This document shows, piece after piece, positions 36,099 through 46,855 of a stretch of 64,000 nt of DNA; position 1 is the stretch's first letter, and each line of letters begins with the position of its first letter. Source of the DNA: Sphaerodactylus townsendi. Lineage: Eukaryota. The notes beneath the pieces were generated by a model that saw only the letters and a program-made list of their open reading frames with translations, searched no databases and had not been told where the DNA came from. The position numbers and the translations under genes were made by a program. The stretch is taken from assembly GCF_021028975.2 (NCBI RefSeq), contig NC_059439.1, positions 7,626,001 through 7,690,000 on the forward strand. Reading direction: 5' to 3'.

Positions 36099-36117
36099 GC
36101 ATCCTGGGAGTTGTAGT
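36099..36117 (-). promoter_or_regulatory. ZNF143/THAP11-type promoter motif ACTACAACTCCCAGGATGC
   Basis: Matches the ACTACAnnTCCCA consensus and lies just upstream of RevDR2. Confidence 0.75.
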
Positions 36118-36312
36118 TTCTTAGCCCCACTGGGATGCTTCGGAGCGCCCCCCTGCGCGTTCCCCTGGAGGAACTGGGACTTTGGGTGCCCCCCCCCCTT
36201 TTCCCTCTGCAGCTTCCCCCGAGGGTGCAAAAGAGATCTGGTACTTAGAACAGCAGACTGATTGGGTACATGTTCCCTGAGGGGTACACACCAAAACATT
36301 GTGGGGTGAGCA

Positions 36313-36562
36313 GAAAAAAATGATATAATTGGGGTGGGGGGTGGGGCAGAGGGAAGGTGCATTAATGTCAACAGTGTAAGACAAAATGCAAGTCTAATGT
36401 TATGAAATTAATTCAGTATTGTGATAAGTGGGGGTTGCAGAAAAATGATATAATGGAGGGGAAAGGGACATTAATGTCAACAGTGTAAGACAAAATGCAA
36501 GTCAAAAGTTGTGAAATTACTTGGGTGCTGTGTGGTTTCCGAGTTGTGAAATTAATTCAGTC
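36313..36562. repeat. Local tandem duplication upstream of the NR1D1 promoter
   Basis: cattaatgtcaacagtgtaagacaaaatgcaagtc occurs at 36360 and 36469; gtt(a/g)tgaaatta occurs three times. Confidence 0.85.
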
Positions 36563-37570
36563 TTATGAGAAGTTCCACTGCAGGTTTTCTTCGCTACTTA
36601 ATCTCGAGAAAAGCCTGCGTTCCCCAGTTTTGTTATTTTGGTGACGGTGTCTCTGCAGTGCACATGCGCCGCTTCCCAGGGAAGGCTCTCCCTCTCCTAC
36701 GCTCTGAGCGTTCAAATGCAGACTGCCTTTCTGCGGTGTTCAGTGAGGCAGTTGTTCTGCGTTATCTCTACAAGCTGCAGTTTCTGTCGTCGTTTGAAGT
36801 TTAAAATTAAATTTTCAACTCTAATTCAAATATAGGGGTACAATGTAGGGAAACGGGCTGCCAAGTGGTACTGGAGTGAAAAAAGGTTGGGAACCACTGA
36901 CTTAAAACACCCGCTGAGAATCAGAAGGGAAGGGGGGGGGGGGGGGGGACAGTATAGCCCAGGAAAACGTGATGCTTCAAACGTGATGCGTGGAAGGAAC
37001 CTGGTCTCTTTGCAGCTGCAGCCGGCCGCCAATTTAGAGATGAAATGCTTTGCAAAACAAGCACTGTTTTGTTTTTTCTAGGGCAGTCAGTGCGTGCTCC
37101 AGACGCTTTGGAAGCCCAGATTGATTCTCTTGCAGATGCTTTGCTCAAGAAAGGTCTACTGCGGCAACAAAATTAAACAGGTCAGGGCAGTATATTTAAG
37201 GCATGCTGTGCAGTTCTAATAGCAGAACTACCCCTGTCTACTCTAAACACTGATTTCAGTACCTTCAGAGTTAAGTATGTTTGTTGATTTTTTAAAATTC
37301 CAGCATAAATTTTCCAGGACTAGATCAGTTTTCTTGAGGTTAATTTGCCAGTTTACCTTTGGCAGCAAAGTCACAATCCAAAAGAGGTAGAACCTGAGCT
37401 CAAGCAGTAGTACTTTTGCACACTACAACTCTTGCCTTTTCACCTTTTTAGCAATTCCCAGATCTCAGCAGTGACTTATTAAAATTAAATTGAGTTTATT
37501 TGAGGGGAAAGAGCCAGCTTCGGGGTGAAACAGCCATCAGCTGTGTTGATCTGTTTAAACATAACTCCAC

Positions 37571-37580
37571 ATTATGTAAT
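37571..37580. promoter_or_regulatory. D-box ATTATGTAAT upstream of NR1D1
   Basis: Perfect match to RTTAYGTAAY, ~1.5 kb upstream of the promoter. Motif match only. Confidence 0.45.
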
Positions 37581-37924
37581 TTTTCAGAATAGAATAAACA
37601 GCATATTTTCAGGTTACTGGATGAAAATTCTTTTCTGAGGCTTAGCATGGGCCGCATGCTAAACAAAGTAACATCATTACAGCATCTCTCAGACTTGTTC
37701 CCTACAGCACATTTGCAGTGCCATCAGAAGCAGAGTTGTCCCCTTCTAAGTGGCCTGGGAAGGGGGTATGTTTGCTTAGCGTGGCACTGTTAACCATGTT
37801 TGCTACATCTGAGACTTTGGATAGCAATAGATGGCAGACCTATTGGCTTCTTAACAGGGGCAGTCTATCTAAGCAATGCATCCAGTAATACCTTTACATA
37901 ATTGTTCCAGAGATGGTTCCTCTT

Positions 37925-38046
37925 GGGCTATCACCACCTCCTGTGGCAGCATATTCCAAACACCAGTCACGCGTTGCGTGAAGAAATGTTTCCTTTTATT
38001 AGTCCTAATTCTTCCCCCCAGCATTTTCAATGTGTGCCCCCTGGTT
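37925..38046 (-). mobile_element. CR1 LINE 3' fragment
   Basis: TRGHTLKMLGGRIRTNKRKHFFTQRVTGVWNMLPQEVV; near-identical to 40525-40645. Confidence 0.85.
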
Positions 38047-38908
38047 CTAGTAGGGCCCCACTGGCGAGAAAGGCAGGGTGGAAAGGCAGCATATCCTAGG
38101 ACTTCACAGAAATGCCTGTTGAAGTGGCACCGAAAAATGTCCATTTTAGTTAAAACGGTTCCAAGGAAATCCTCAACCACAGTCCTTATTTTGTTTTCAG
38201 CCATAGGGGAAGAAAAGGTTGGAGTCTGATCAGATAGATCACCACAACCAGCTCCTTCTGCCACTCTCTGGTACGTTTCTTGTCTCCCTGTTGCACCTCC
38301 CTCATGACAGATTGACCTCAGAGAGAGTATTCAAAAGTGCACCTTCATCCAAAAGTGGTCTCATCCTCAATTAAATACACACACCTGCCAAATCTGGGGC
38401 AAGCTGGGTGCAAGAGAGTCTAAGGCAGAAAATGTATTAAACACTAACCACCATAGGGCAATAAACCACAAAAGAAATTCTTCCGCACAAGCCCCATTGA
38501 AATGAGTGGAAATAGCATACATGTTTTGGAGATTATGTGCAGGGGGTAGAGTGGGGATTTCCCAGCAGACTGTGCCCCATAGGTGAAATATCTGTCATCT
38601 CTTCTGCCATGTTTAATGGTTCTTAAAATATGCCATCTGGGAGAAGAGTATTTTTGTTTATTATCTAAAAAATTATGCTGCCTTTCCACCCTGACTTTCT
38701 CGCCAGTGGGGACCTAAAACATCTTACATGATTCTCCTCTCCTCTGTTTTATCCTTACAACAACCCTGTGATGTAGGTTAGGCTATCCCGAGGTCACCCA
38801 TCAAGCATCCATACCAGAGTGGGGATTCGAGCGTGGGCTTCCCAGATTCTAATCTATTACCATTTAGAAAGGATAAAAAGCTGTTCTATTCCATCATATA
38901 AGTAAAAA

Positions 38909-39015
38909 GGTGGATTCCGCATGTGCCAAAAACAGCATTGTGAAAACGGTGTAAACCCTTTTATACCCTTTTAAACCATTTCACACCACTGTTTTTGGCC
39001 CATGCGGAATCCGCC
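38909..39015. mobile_element. Palindromic PIF/Harbinger-like MITE
   Basis: ggtggattccgcatg...catgcggaatccgcc inverted ends. Confidence 0.7.
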
Positions 39016-39320
39016 TTAGATAAAAATGTAGTGTAAGCCCTTTACCTATATTTTAACCTCTGAGTTGCACATTAATTTTTCATTCTGTCCGACACCCTTC
39101 AAATGTGTATCTCTAGATTTTTCCTTCTCACTGTTTGCTCCATCTGCCTGTCTTCCTTTATTTCCCACGGTCCAATTGCACCAAGATATTTTCTATAATT
39201 TCAGGGGTTACGGTGATGATACCTATTGTATAACCTCTAGCGTGGTATGGTGAGGCCTACATTTCCAGTCCCAGGGCTCCATAATGTTCCATGTGCCGGG
39301 TGTAGCAACGCTGCAACTCA

Positions 39321-39331
39321 TATGTAGGTCA
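39321..39331 (+). promoter_or_regulatory. RORE TATGTAGGTCA upstream of NR1D1
   Basis: Matches WAWNTRGGTCA. Motif match only. Confidence 0.4.
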
Positions 39332-39866
39332 CATCATTCAAACAGCTGTTTCTTAAGGGATGCTCAATGGGATCGTCTGGAGCAGTTGCTGAGTAAGACA
39401 AGGCAGTGTCTGCGGAACAAGTCACTGATTGTGTGTGGCAGATTACAGCTCAGAATAACGCCTGCCATTTCAGCCACCAGCTTCCTGATTTCTTCATGCT
39501 GTGGGTTTCTTGAAACTCAAAACCAGTAAAACTGGATGATTTGGATTTAAGACAACATATGCTCTTCAAAAGGTGTTTCTAACAGCACTTGCTTGGAAAG
39601 TGTGACATGGGAAAGGAAGCACTCATTCATACCTATTTTCCAAAGGACGATGTGTGATTATAATACTATTTTTATAACACATTTCAAACATTCCACCAAG
39701 TGTTTCCCATCGATTACTCTCATTAATTGTTACAACAGCCCTCTAAGGAAGGCTTCTAAAGTGCTGAGGCTTTAAAAAGGAATGGCTTGCTCGAGGCCAC
39801 CATGTGAATTTGTGGCTGTGAGTGAAATTTGAAGCAGGGATTTCCAAATTTACATTCTGAGGCAAC

Positions 39867-40152
39867 GCAGAGGCATATGGGGGGGGGGGATGGGGTCCGG
39901 GGACAACACCTGCTCTGGGTGCCCCCCACCCATCACAAAGGCCCGCCCCCCCCCCCTGCATCCCTGCAGGCCAGCTCCTGCTCTCCCTAGGCATCCCTGC
40001 AGGCTGGGAGGGGGGGCGGGGTGCAGCGGTGGATGGCTTGGGCACGCGCCGTTTTGTCACGTGGGGGGCATCTGGCACCCCCACCACGTGACCAAAAGGC
40101 ATGTGCCCAGGGACATGGGAGTCCCCATGTCCCTAGGGCGGTACGCCCCTGC
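39867..40152. mobile_element. GC-rich hAT-like non-autonomous element carrying two CACGTG boxes
   Basis: Ends cagaggcata... / ...tacgcccctg with an internal palindrome. No clear TSD. Confidence 0.6.
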
Positions 40153-40272
40153 AGCATACTGGCTTTTAGGATGATCAACAAGGGGTTACGGAGCTATTAG
40201 GAGCTATTTTATTCTCCTAATCAATAATGATGATCTGGTTAATGGGGTGGAAGTGGTAGGTTCCCTAGGTCA

Positions 40273-42045
40273 AAGAACATAAGAAGGAGCCTGCTGAAAC
40301 AGGCCAGAGTCCATCTAGTCCAGCACTCTGCTACTTGCAGTGGCCCACCAGGTGCCTTTGGGAGCTCACATGCAGGATGTGAAAGCAATGGCCTTCTGCT
40401 GCTGCTGCTGCTGCTCCCAAGCACCTGGTCTGCTAAGGCATTTGCAATCTCAGATCGAGGATCAAGATTGGTAGCCGTAGATCGGCTTCTCCTCCATAAA
40501 TCTGTCCAAGCCATCCAGGTTAGTGGCCATCACCACCTCCTGTGGCAGTATATTCCAAACACCAGTCACGCGTTGTGTGAAGAAATGTTTCCTTTTATTA
40601 GTCCTAATTCTTCCCCCCAGCATTTTCAATGTATGCCCCCTGGTTTTAGTATTGTGAGAAAGAGAGAAAAAATTCTCTCTGTCAACATTTTCCACTCTGT
40701 GCAAAATTTTATAGACTTCAATCATATTCCCCCTCAGCCGTCTCCTCTCCAAACTAAAGAGTCCCAAATGCTGCAGCCTCTCCTCCTCCTCCAATCCCTC
40801 AATCATCCTCGTTGCCCTTCTCTGCACTTTTTCTATCTCTTCAATATCCTTTTTGAGATATGGCAACCAGAACTGAACACAGTCCTCCAAGTGCGGTCAC
40901 ACCACTGCTTTATATAAAAGCATGACTACAGTGGCATATTTACCTAGTGGATATGGGGTACCCTATGTCCTCGGGCACCCCCCCAGGGGCACAAAAATGA
41001 CAGGTTCATTTGTGTGTTTTTTGTATTTTTAGTGTTTTTTCAATTTTTGGCCTGCCGGGGCGCAGTTTTTAGGCTAGCAGCACCAAAACTTCAGGAATTT
41101 TTCAGGAGACCCTCCTGATGATGTCACCCAGGTTAGGTGAGGTTTGGTTCAGGGGGTCCAAAGTTATGGACTCCCAAAAGGGGAGCTAACAGGAGATGGG
41201 GGCTACACCTTTGTGTACCCCTGAACCAAACTTGTGGACCCCCTGAACCAAACTTTGTGGATCCCCTGAACCAAACTTCACCAAACCTGGATGGTATCAT
41301 CAGGAGTGTCTCCTAAAAATACACTGAAATTTTGGTGCTGTTAGCTTAACAATTGCACCCCTGACAGCAGGCACCCTCAAAATTTCCCCAGATTCTCCTT
41401 TTAAATCCACCCCCTTTGGCATGGACTTAAAGGGAGAATGTGAGGTCCCCAGTTTAAACATTGAAAGTGTTGCTGTTTGGGGGTGGATTCCACTGGAGGT
41501 GTTTTGTGAGAGATGATGCTGACATTTGTTTGGTAAATGTTTTGCTGGGGGTGATTTGTGAGAGATTTACATGCTTAATACCCATTTGCACTGGCTTGGA
41601 GCTGTTTCTCAGGCTAACAACCTATCTCAGAGGGTTGGTGTGAGGACAAAATTAGGAAAGAGAGTTGGTGGGGAGAGAGCCATGTATGTTTTGCTGGGGG
41701 TGGGAGGTGTTTTGTGAGCTGGTGCAAAAATCATTGTTTGGTCGTGGTGGGGGAGGGTGGTCGCCCATATGGGGGAGGGGTGGCGCAAAACTCAGGCTTT
41801 GTCCGTGGGCTCCAGTTTGCTTAGATACGCCTCTGCATGACAATCTTTGCAGTTTTATTCTCAATTCCTTCCCTAATTATCCCCAGTATAGAGTTTGCCT
41901 TTTTCACAGCTGCCATCCATTGAGTTGACATTCCCATGGAACTAGCAACTAAGATGCCTAAATCCCTTTCCTGTCTGTGACTGATAGCACTGACCCCTGT
42001 AGCGTGTATGTGAAGTTTGGATTTTTTGCCCCTATGTGCATCACT
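40273..42045 (-). mobile_element. CR1 LINE 3' portion, interrupted by a hAT insertion
   Basis: CVQFWLPYLKKDIEEIEKVQRRATRMIEGLE..LGLFSLERRRLRG; the sequence resumes after 41843. Confidence 0.85.
40929..41835. mobile_element. Non-autonomous hAT element (907 bp) inside the CR1
   Basis: TIR cagtggcatat / atacgcctctg; TSD catgacta/catgacaa; internal ccctgaaccaaac x3. Confidence 0.8.
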
Positions 42046-44525
42046 ATGGAAGTGACCATGTTCTCCTGGAGTTTGTTATACAGTGGAAAGGGGATCCCAA
42101 GTGTAATCAGACATCATTCTAGACTTTAAGAAAGCTGATTTCAGTAAACTTAGGAAACTACTGGGTGTGATCCCATGGTTAAGAATACGAAAAGAGAAAG
42201 GAGTGCATGATGGATGCGAGTTTCTTAAAAGTGAGATCTTGAAGGCACAATTTCAAACAGTTCCAATGATGGGGAAAAATTAGAAGTGTCTAAGGAAACT
42301 TTCAACTGAGCTAAGATTTAAAAGGGACATGTACAAGAAATGGAAACAAGGGGAAATCACCAAACAGGCATTAGCCAGGACGTGTAGAGAGAAAGTCAGA
42401 AAAGCAGAATGAGCTCAGGCTAGCCAGAAAGGTTGAAAACAATTAAAATTGATTTTTTTAAAAATGTCGGTAGCAGAAGGAAGAAAAAATGATATGGTCA
42501 CTGAGTGGAGGAGATGGCAAAATGCTAATAGGGGATGGAGAAAAGGCAGAACTACTCAACACCTTCTTTGCCTCGTTTTTTCCCCCAATAGGAAAACAGT
42601 GCTCAACTAGGGGGAAATGGAACAGAAGATGCAGCGGAAGAAATTCACCACAGAATAAATAAAGAGGTAGTACAGGAATTCCTGACTACTTTAAATGAAT
42701 TAAAATCTTCAGGGCCTGATTAGTTACATCCAGGATATTAAAAGAACTGGCACAAGTAATTTCAGAATCACTTGCTATAATCTTTGAGAACTCCTGGAAA
42801 ACAAGAGAAGTCCCAGTGGACTGGAGGAGGGTTAATGTCCCCATTTTCAAACAGGGGAAAAATAAGACCCAAACAATTACCACCCAGTCAGCCTGACATC
42901 AACACCAAGAAAGATTCTGGAACAGATCATAAACAGATAGTTTGTAAGCACTTAGAAGGGAATACTGTGATCACTAAAAGTCAACATGGGTTTCTCAAAA
43001 ACAACTCATGCCAGACTAATATTATCTCTTTTTTTGACAGAGTGAGAAGCTTGGTAGATGAAGGGAATGCTGTGGAGGTAGCACATCTTGATTTTAGTAA
43101 GGCCTTTGGCAAGGTTCTTTCAAGCAAGCTAGTAAAAGGTTAGACCATGCTACTGTTAGATGAATTTGTAATTGGTTGACTGACTGAACCAAACTGTGTT
43201 CATCAATGTCTCCATCTTGGAGAGAAGTGACTAGTGAGGTGGCCACAGGTTTCTGTCCTGGTCCCAGTGCTATTCAGTATTTTTAGCAATGACTTGAGTG
43301 ATGGAATAGAGGGCATGCTAATCAAATGTGCAAATTAGGAGGGTAGCTAATATTCCAGAGGACGGGCTCAGAATTCAAAATGATCTGGACAGATTAGAGC
43401 GTTGGGCCAAAACTAACAAAATGAATTTCAATAGAGACAAATGTCAGATACTACAGATAGGCAGGAAAAAAATGCACAGCTATAGGAAGGATGACACCTG
43501 GCTTGACAATAGTATATGTGAAAGGAATCTGGGAGTTTTAGTAGACCACAAACTGAACAGGATTCAGCAGTGTGGAGCAGCAGCCAAGAAAGCCGAAGCA
43601 ATTCTGGACTGCATCAATAGGAGTGTTGTGTCTAGACCCGTGGTGGCGAACCTATGGCACAGGTGCCAGAGGCGGCACTCAGAGCCCTCTCTGTGGGCAT
43701 GCATTCCGTCATCTCCCCCTTGTTCCCTCAGAGGCTGCTGCCGGCAGATGCATTGGGAGTCACGCTGCACAGGCTGGCTGTTCACAAGGCACTCAGCTGG
43801 CTGGGGCTGAGCTTCAGGGAGGTCCTGAATACAATGTGTAACAGACTTCCCACTGTGATACACCTCTGAAGATGACAGCCACAGATGCAGGCGAAACGTT
43901 AGGAACAAGATCCCCCAGACTACAGCCACACAGCCTGGAAAACCCACCAGAACCAGTTAAATTCCCTTGTCCCCCCCTCCCCTTGGCCAAGTGTTGGCAC
44001 TTTGCGATAAATAAGTGGGTTTTAGTAGGATTGTCCTTTCTAGAACTGTATTGGCACACTGTAAGGTCACAGTTTGGGCACTTGGTCTCTAAAAGGTTTG
44101 CCATCACTGGTCTAGACTGAGGGACATAATAATACCACTCTATTCTGCATTGGTCAGACCTCACCTGGAATACTGTGTCCAGTTCTGGGCACTTCAGTTC
44201 AAGAAGGATATCAAGAAGGATATTGACAAGCTGGAACAAGTTAAGAGGAGAGCAACTAAAATGGTTAAAGGTCAGGGCTGAAATGGTAAAAGATCTGGAA
44301 TGGTAATTATGACAAAAGAGATACAACCTAAACATTAGGAAGAACTCCCTGATGATGTTTGACAGTGGAATACACTGGCTCCGAGTGTGGTGGAGTCTCC
44401 TTCTTTGGACATTTTTAAACAGAGACTGGATGGTCATCTGTCAGGAGTGCTTTGACTGTATATTCCTGTATGGCAGGGGTTGGACTTGGACCTTGTGATC
44501 TCTTCTAATTCTATGATTCTACGAT
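42046..44525 (+). mobile_element. Degenerate CR1 LINE ORF2 (end of endonuclease, RT, 3' tail)
   Basis: GSDH motif; ITKSQHGFLKNNSCQTNIISFFDRV; LDFSKAF; IQNDLDRLERWA; tail attctatgattcta; many stops and frameshifts. Confidence 0.9.
43638..44109. mobile_element. Non-autonomous hAT element nested in the CR1, carrying a Penelope-like 3' segment (~43815-43960)
   Basis: TIR ccgtggtggcgaacct / aggtttgccatcactg; perfect 8-bp TSD gtctagac (43630-43637, 44110-44117). Confidence 0.9.
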
Positions 44526-46265
44526 AACAAATCTAGAAAAATGCCAGAGGCTGAAACCTGTTTTGGAAAGAGCCACATATATCATGCCATCAATCCAATG
44601 TGTTCACAGCACATGTCAAGGCTCAGGTAGTTCATGAAACCATGGATTCATGGTATCCTTATGGGGACATTCTTCCAATATGACAGAGCCCGTTTACTTG
44701 TGCTCTATATTCAGTTAAAAGCCCTCTGAAGGCTCACCCCAGAGCCTGAGGACAGAACTTGACTCAGCAAAATACATACTCTCAAAACTTTTGCTGAGGT
44801 AACATATGCGGAGAGCACTTTAAAAAAGAAGTTGGCGGGCAAGAAGATGAAGTACTTTGCCCTTCACACATCTGCAAATACACCTACCACATGTTAGTGT
44901 TTCTGCAGCCAAGACTAATTCTGGTTTTCCAGTCCACCACTTGAGAGGACACTCTTGTTCACAGACTATCCAGCAAATGCTCACCTCATGTCCATATAAA
45001 TATTAAAAGGGAAATATGATGTTCTCAAGTTCATGTTTCCTTCACAATGTCTAGTGCTCTCATAAAATCTAGTGTTATGATGAACACAAATTGTATGCAA
45101 CCTGAGGCCATTGCTGCTTAGGCAACAGTTAAAGGCCCAGCGTATTTGAGAAGGTTAGTTCCCCAAAGCAGTATTTGTATCTAAGTTAGGTTCAGTGACC
45201 CTGACCCAAATCATGCCAGGTGTATCATCTAGTTTGGCCCTTAGATTATAGGGTTTTAGCAAATGTGCTTGTTGCCTCTAACGATTTCATGTTGAATGTG
45301 TTTGACAGTCAAACATAATGCAGTGATCAAATCTGTCTCAATGACCAGGTCTGTTCGGTTCAACAACAAATGACCTGAATAGCTGCCAGACAGATTTTGC
45401 ATGAAACTGCAAGCCTGAAAATGCTGCCCTGCTGAACGAGGCATGGCATTCGGCCTGGCTGATTTTTAAGAGTAGCCGAGGACTTTCTGGGAGTGATCAA
45501 ATGTGACTGAACAACAGGAGACAGTCTTCTAAGAGACCAACTCCAGGTCCAGGTAAAAATACAGGATAGCTTGAATGGCAAAATTCAATAAATGGCAAAA
45601 TTCAAGGGAGGGATAGCCTGTTTTGAGAGGGTCCAGTGTTTGTGATGGTGGCTTCCTGAGCTGAGAGTTTCTGGAGAATTGGTGAAACAGATCTTGCTGC
45701 CTAAATTCTACCAAGAAGAGGTTCTGCAAATAGAACACGAAAGCCCTTGGGCTGGTTACCTGAGTGAGCAAAGGCTCGGAAAATTGAAATAGTCTTCAGT
45801 TGCCAGGACTAGTGTTGAATGTTTTCCTACTGTCAAAAGCAGAAAAGAGGGCTTACTTCCCGCTCCCATAGACTATGACACTTCCCCCCCACCCCTGAAA
45901 TCTGTTCCAGAGGGATATGAAAGCAAATAAATTTGATAACCAAGAGGGCATCCCAAAGAAGACATTGACAGATCAGCACCAGATGTTCTAGCCTTCAGTA
46001 CCCGCCAATTGCATACCTTGCTTTTCCACTCTCCAGCGGATGAACTAGTAGCCCACTTCAACCAGGCCCTGACAGGAGTTGAGATTAATGTCCAACAAGC
46101 AATATAAACAATGGGTGTGGAAGGGCCATGGCTTAGTGGTACAACATCTGCTTTACATACAGAAAGTACAACCATTTGAATTAAGTGGGGATCAAGTGCA
46201 CACAGTACAACCCAATAGAAATTATACTGAAGAAGGCTCACAGCAATTGCTGTCTACTTTCAAAG

Positions 46266-46855
46266 GAAGTCTTGTTATAACTATAACAAAGTGTATAACT
46301 ATAATTATAATAACTATAACGTGTCCAAAAGTGCAAAACATTACAAAAATACCACAAGGTATCTGAAAAATGGTTAAAATCTTGTGCAGTACAAAACATC
46401 TGCTAAGCTAACCAGGATCCAAATATGCACTGGACTCGAACAGCCATCCAGTAGCCGGAGTTTTCAGAGCAGGCTGCAATCCCTGATGGCTTCAAGTCAC
46501 TGCCATTCGGTCAAACCGTTTGTACATTTTGGAAGCACAGACATTTAGAATTTATGTTCCACTAGCCTTGAACCTTGTTCAAGACCAGCACATATCTGGG
46601 TTCCAATTAACTTAGTGGTTGTTTTGTACTGCACAGAATTTTTATTAGTGTTATTAGGGTCCATTTTTCAGATACCTTATGGTACTTCTGTAATGTTTGT
46701 AGTTTTGGACATGTATAGGGGTCTGCAACCTGCAGCTCTCCAGATGTTCATGGACTAAAAATCCCATCAGCCCCTGCCAGCATGGCCTGATGGGATTTGT
46801 AGTCCATGAACATCTGGAGAGCCGCAGGTTGCAGACCCCTTAATAACAAGACTTC
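46266..46855. repeat. Diverged inverted repeat (Penelope-like) with a palindromic hAT MITE (~46716-46840) in its right arm
   Basis: 46321-46410 vs 46608-46713 are reverse complements; outer ends gaagtcttgttat / ataacaagacttc. Confidence 0.7.

Larger units (their letters stand above)
34480..36200. promoter_or_regulatory. CpG island spanning the NR1D1 promoter, exon 1 and the 5' part of intron 1
   Basis: GC-rich and CpG-dense relative to the flanks. Confidence 0.85.

Noticed and set aside
34700-36400. Many overlapping 100-240 aa ORFs on both strands
   Set aside because: Stop-codon scarcity in a CpG island; only the 37-nt NR1D1 start is supported.
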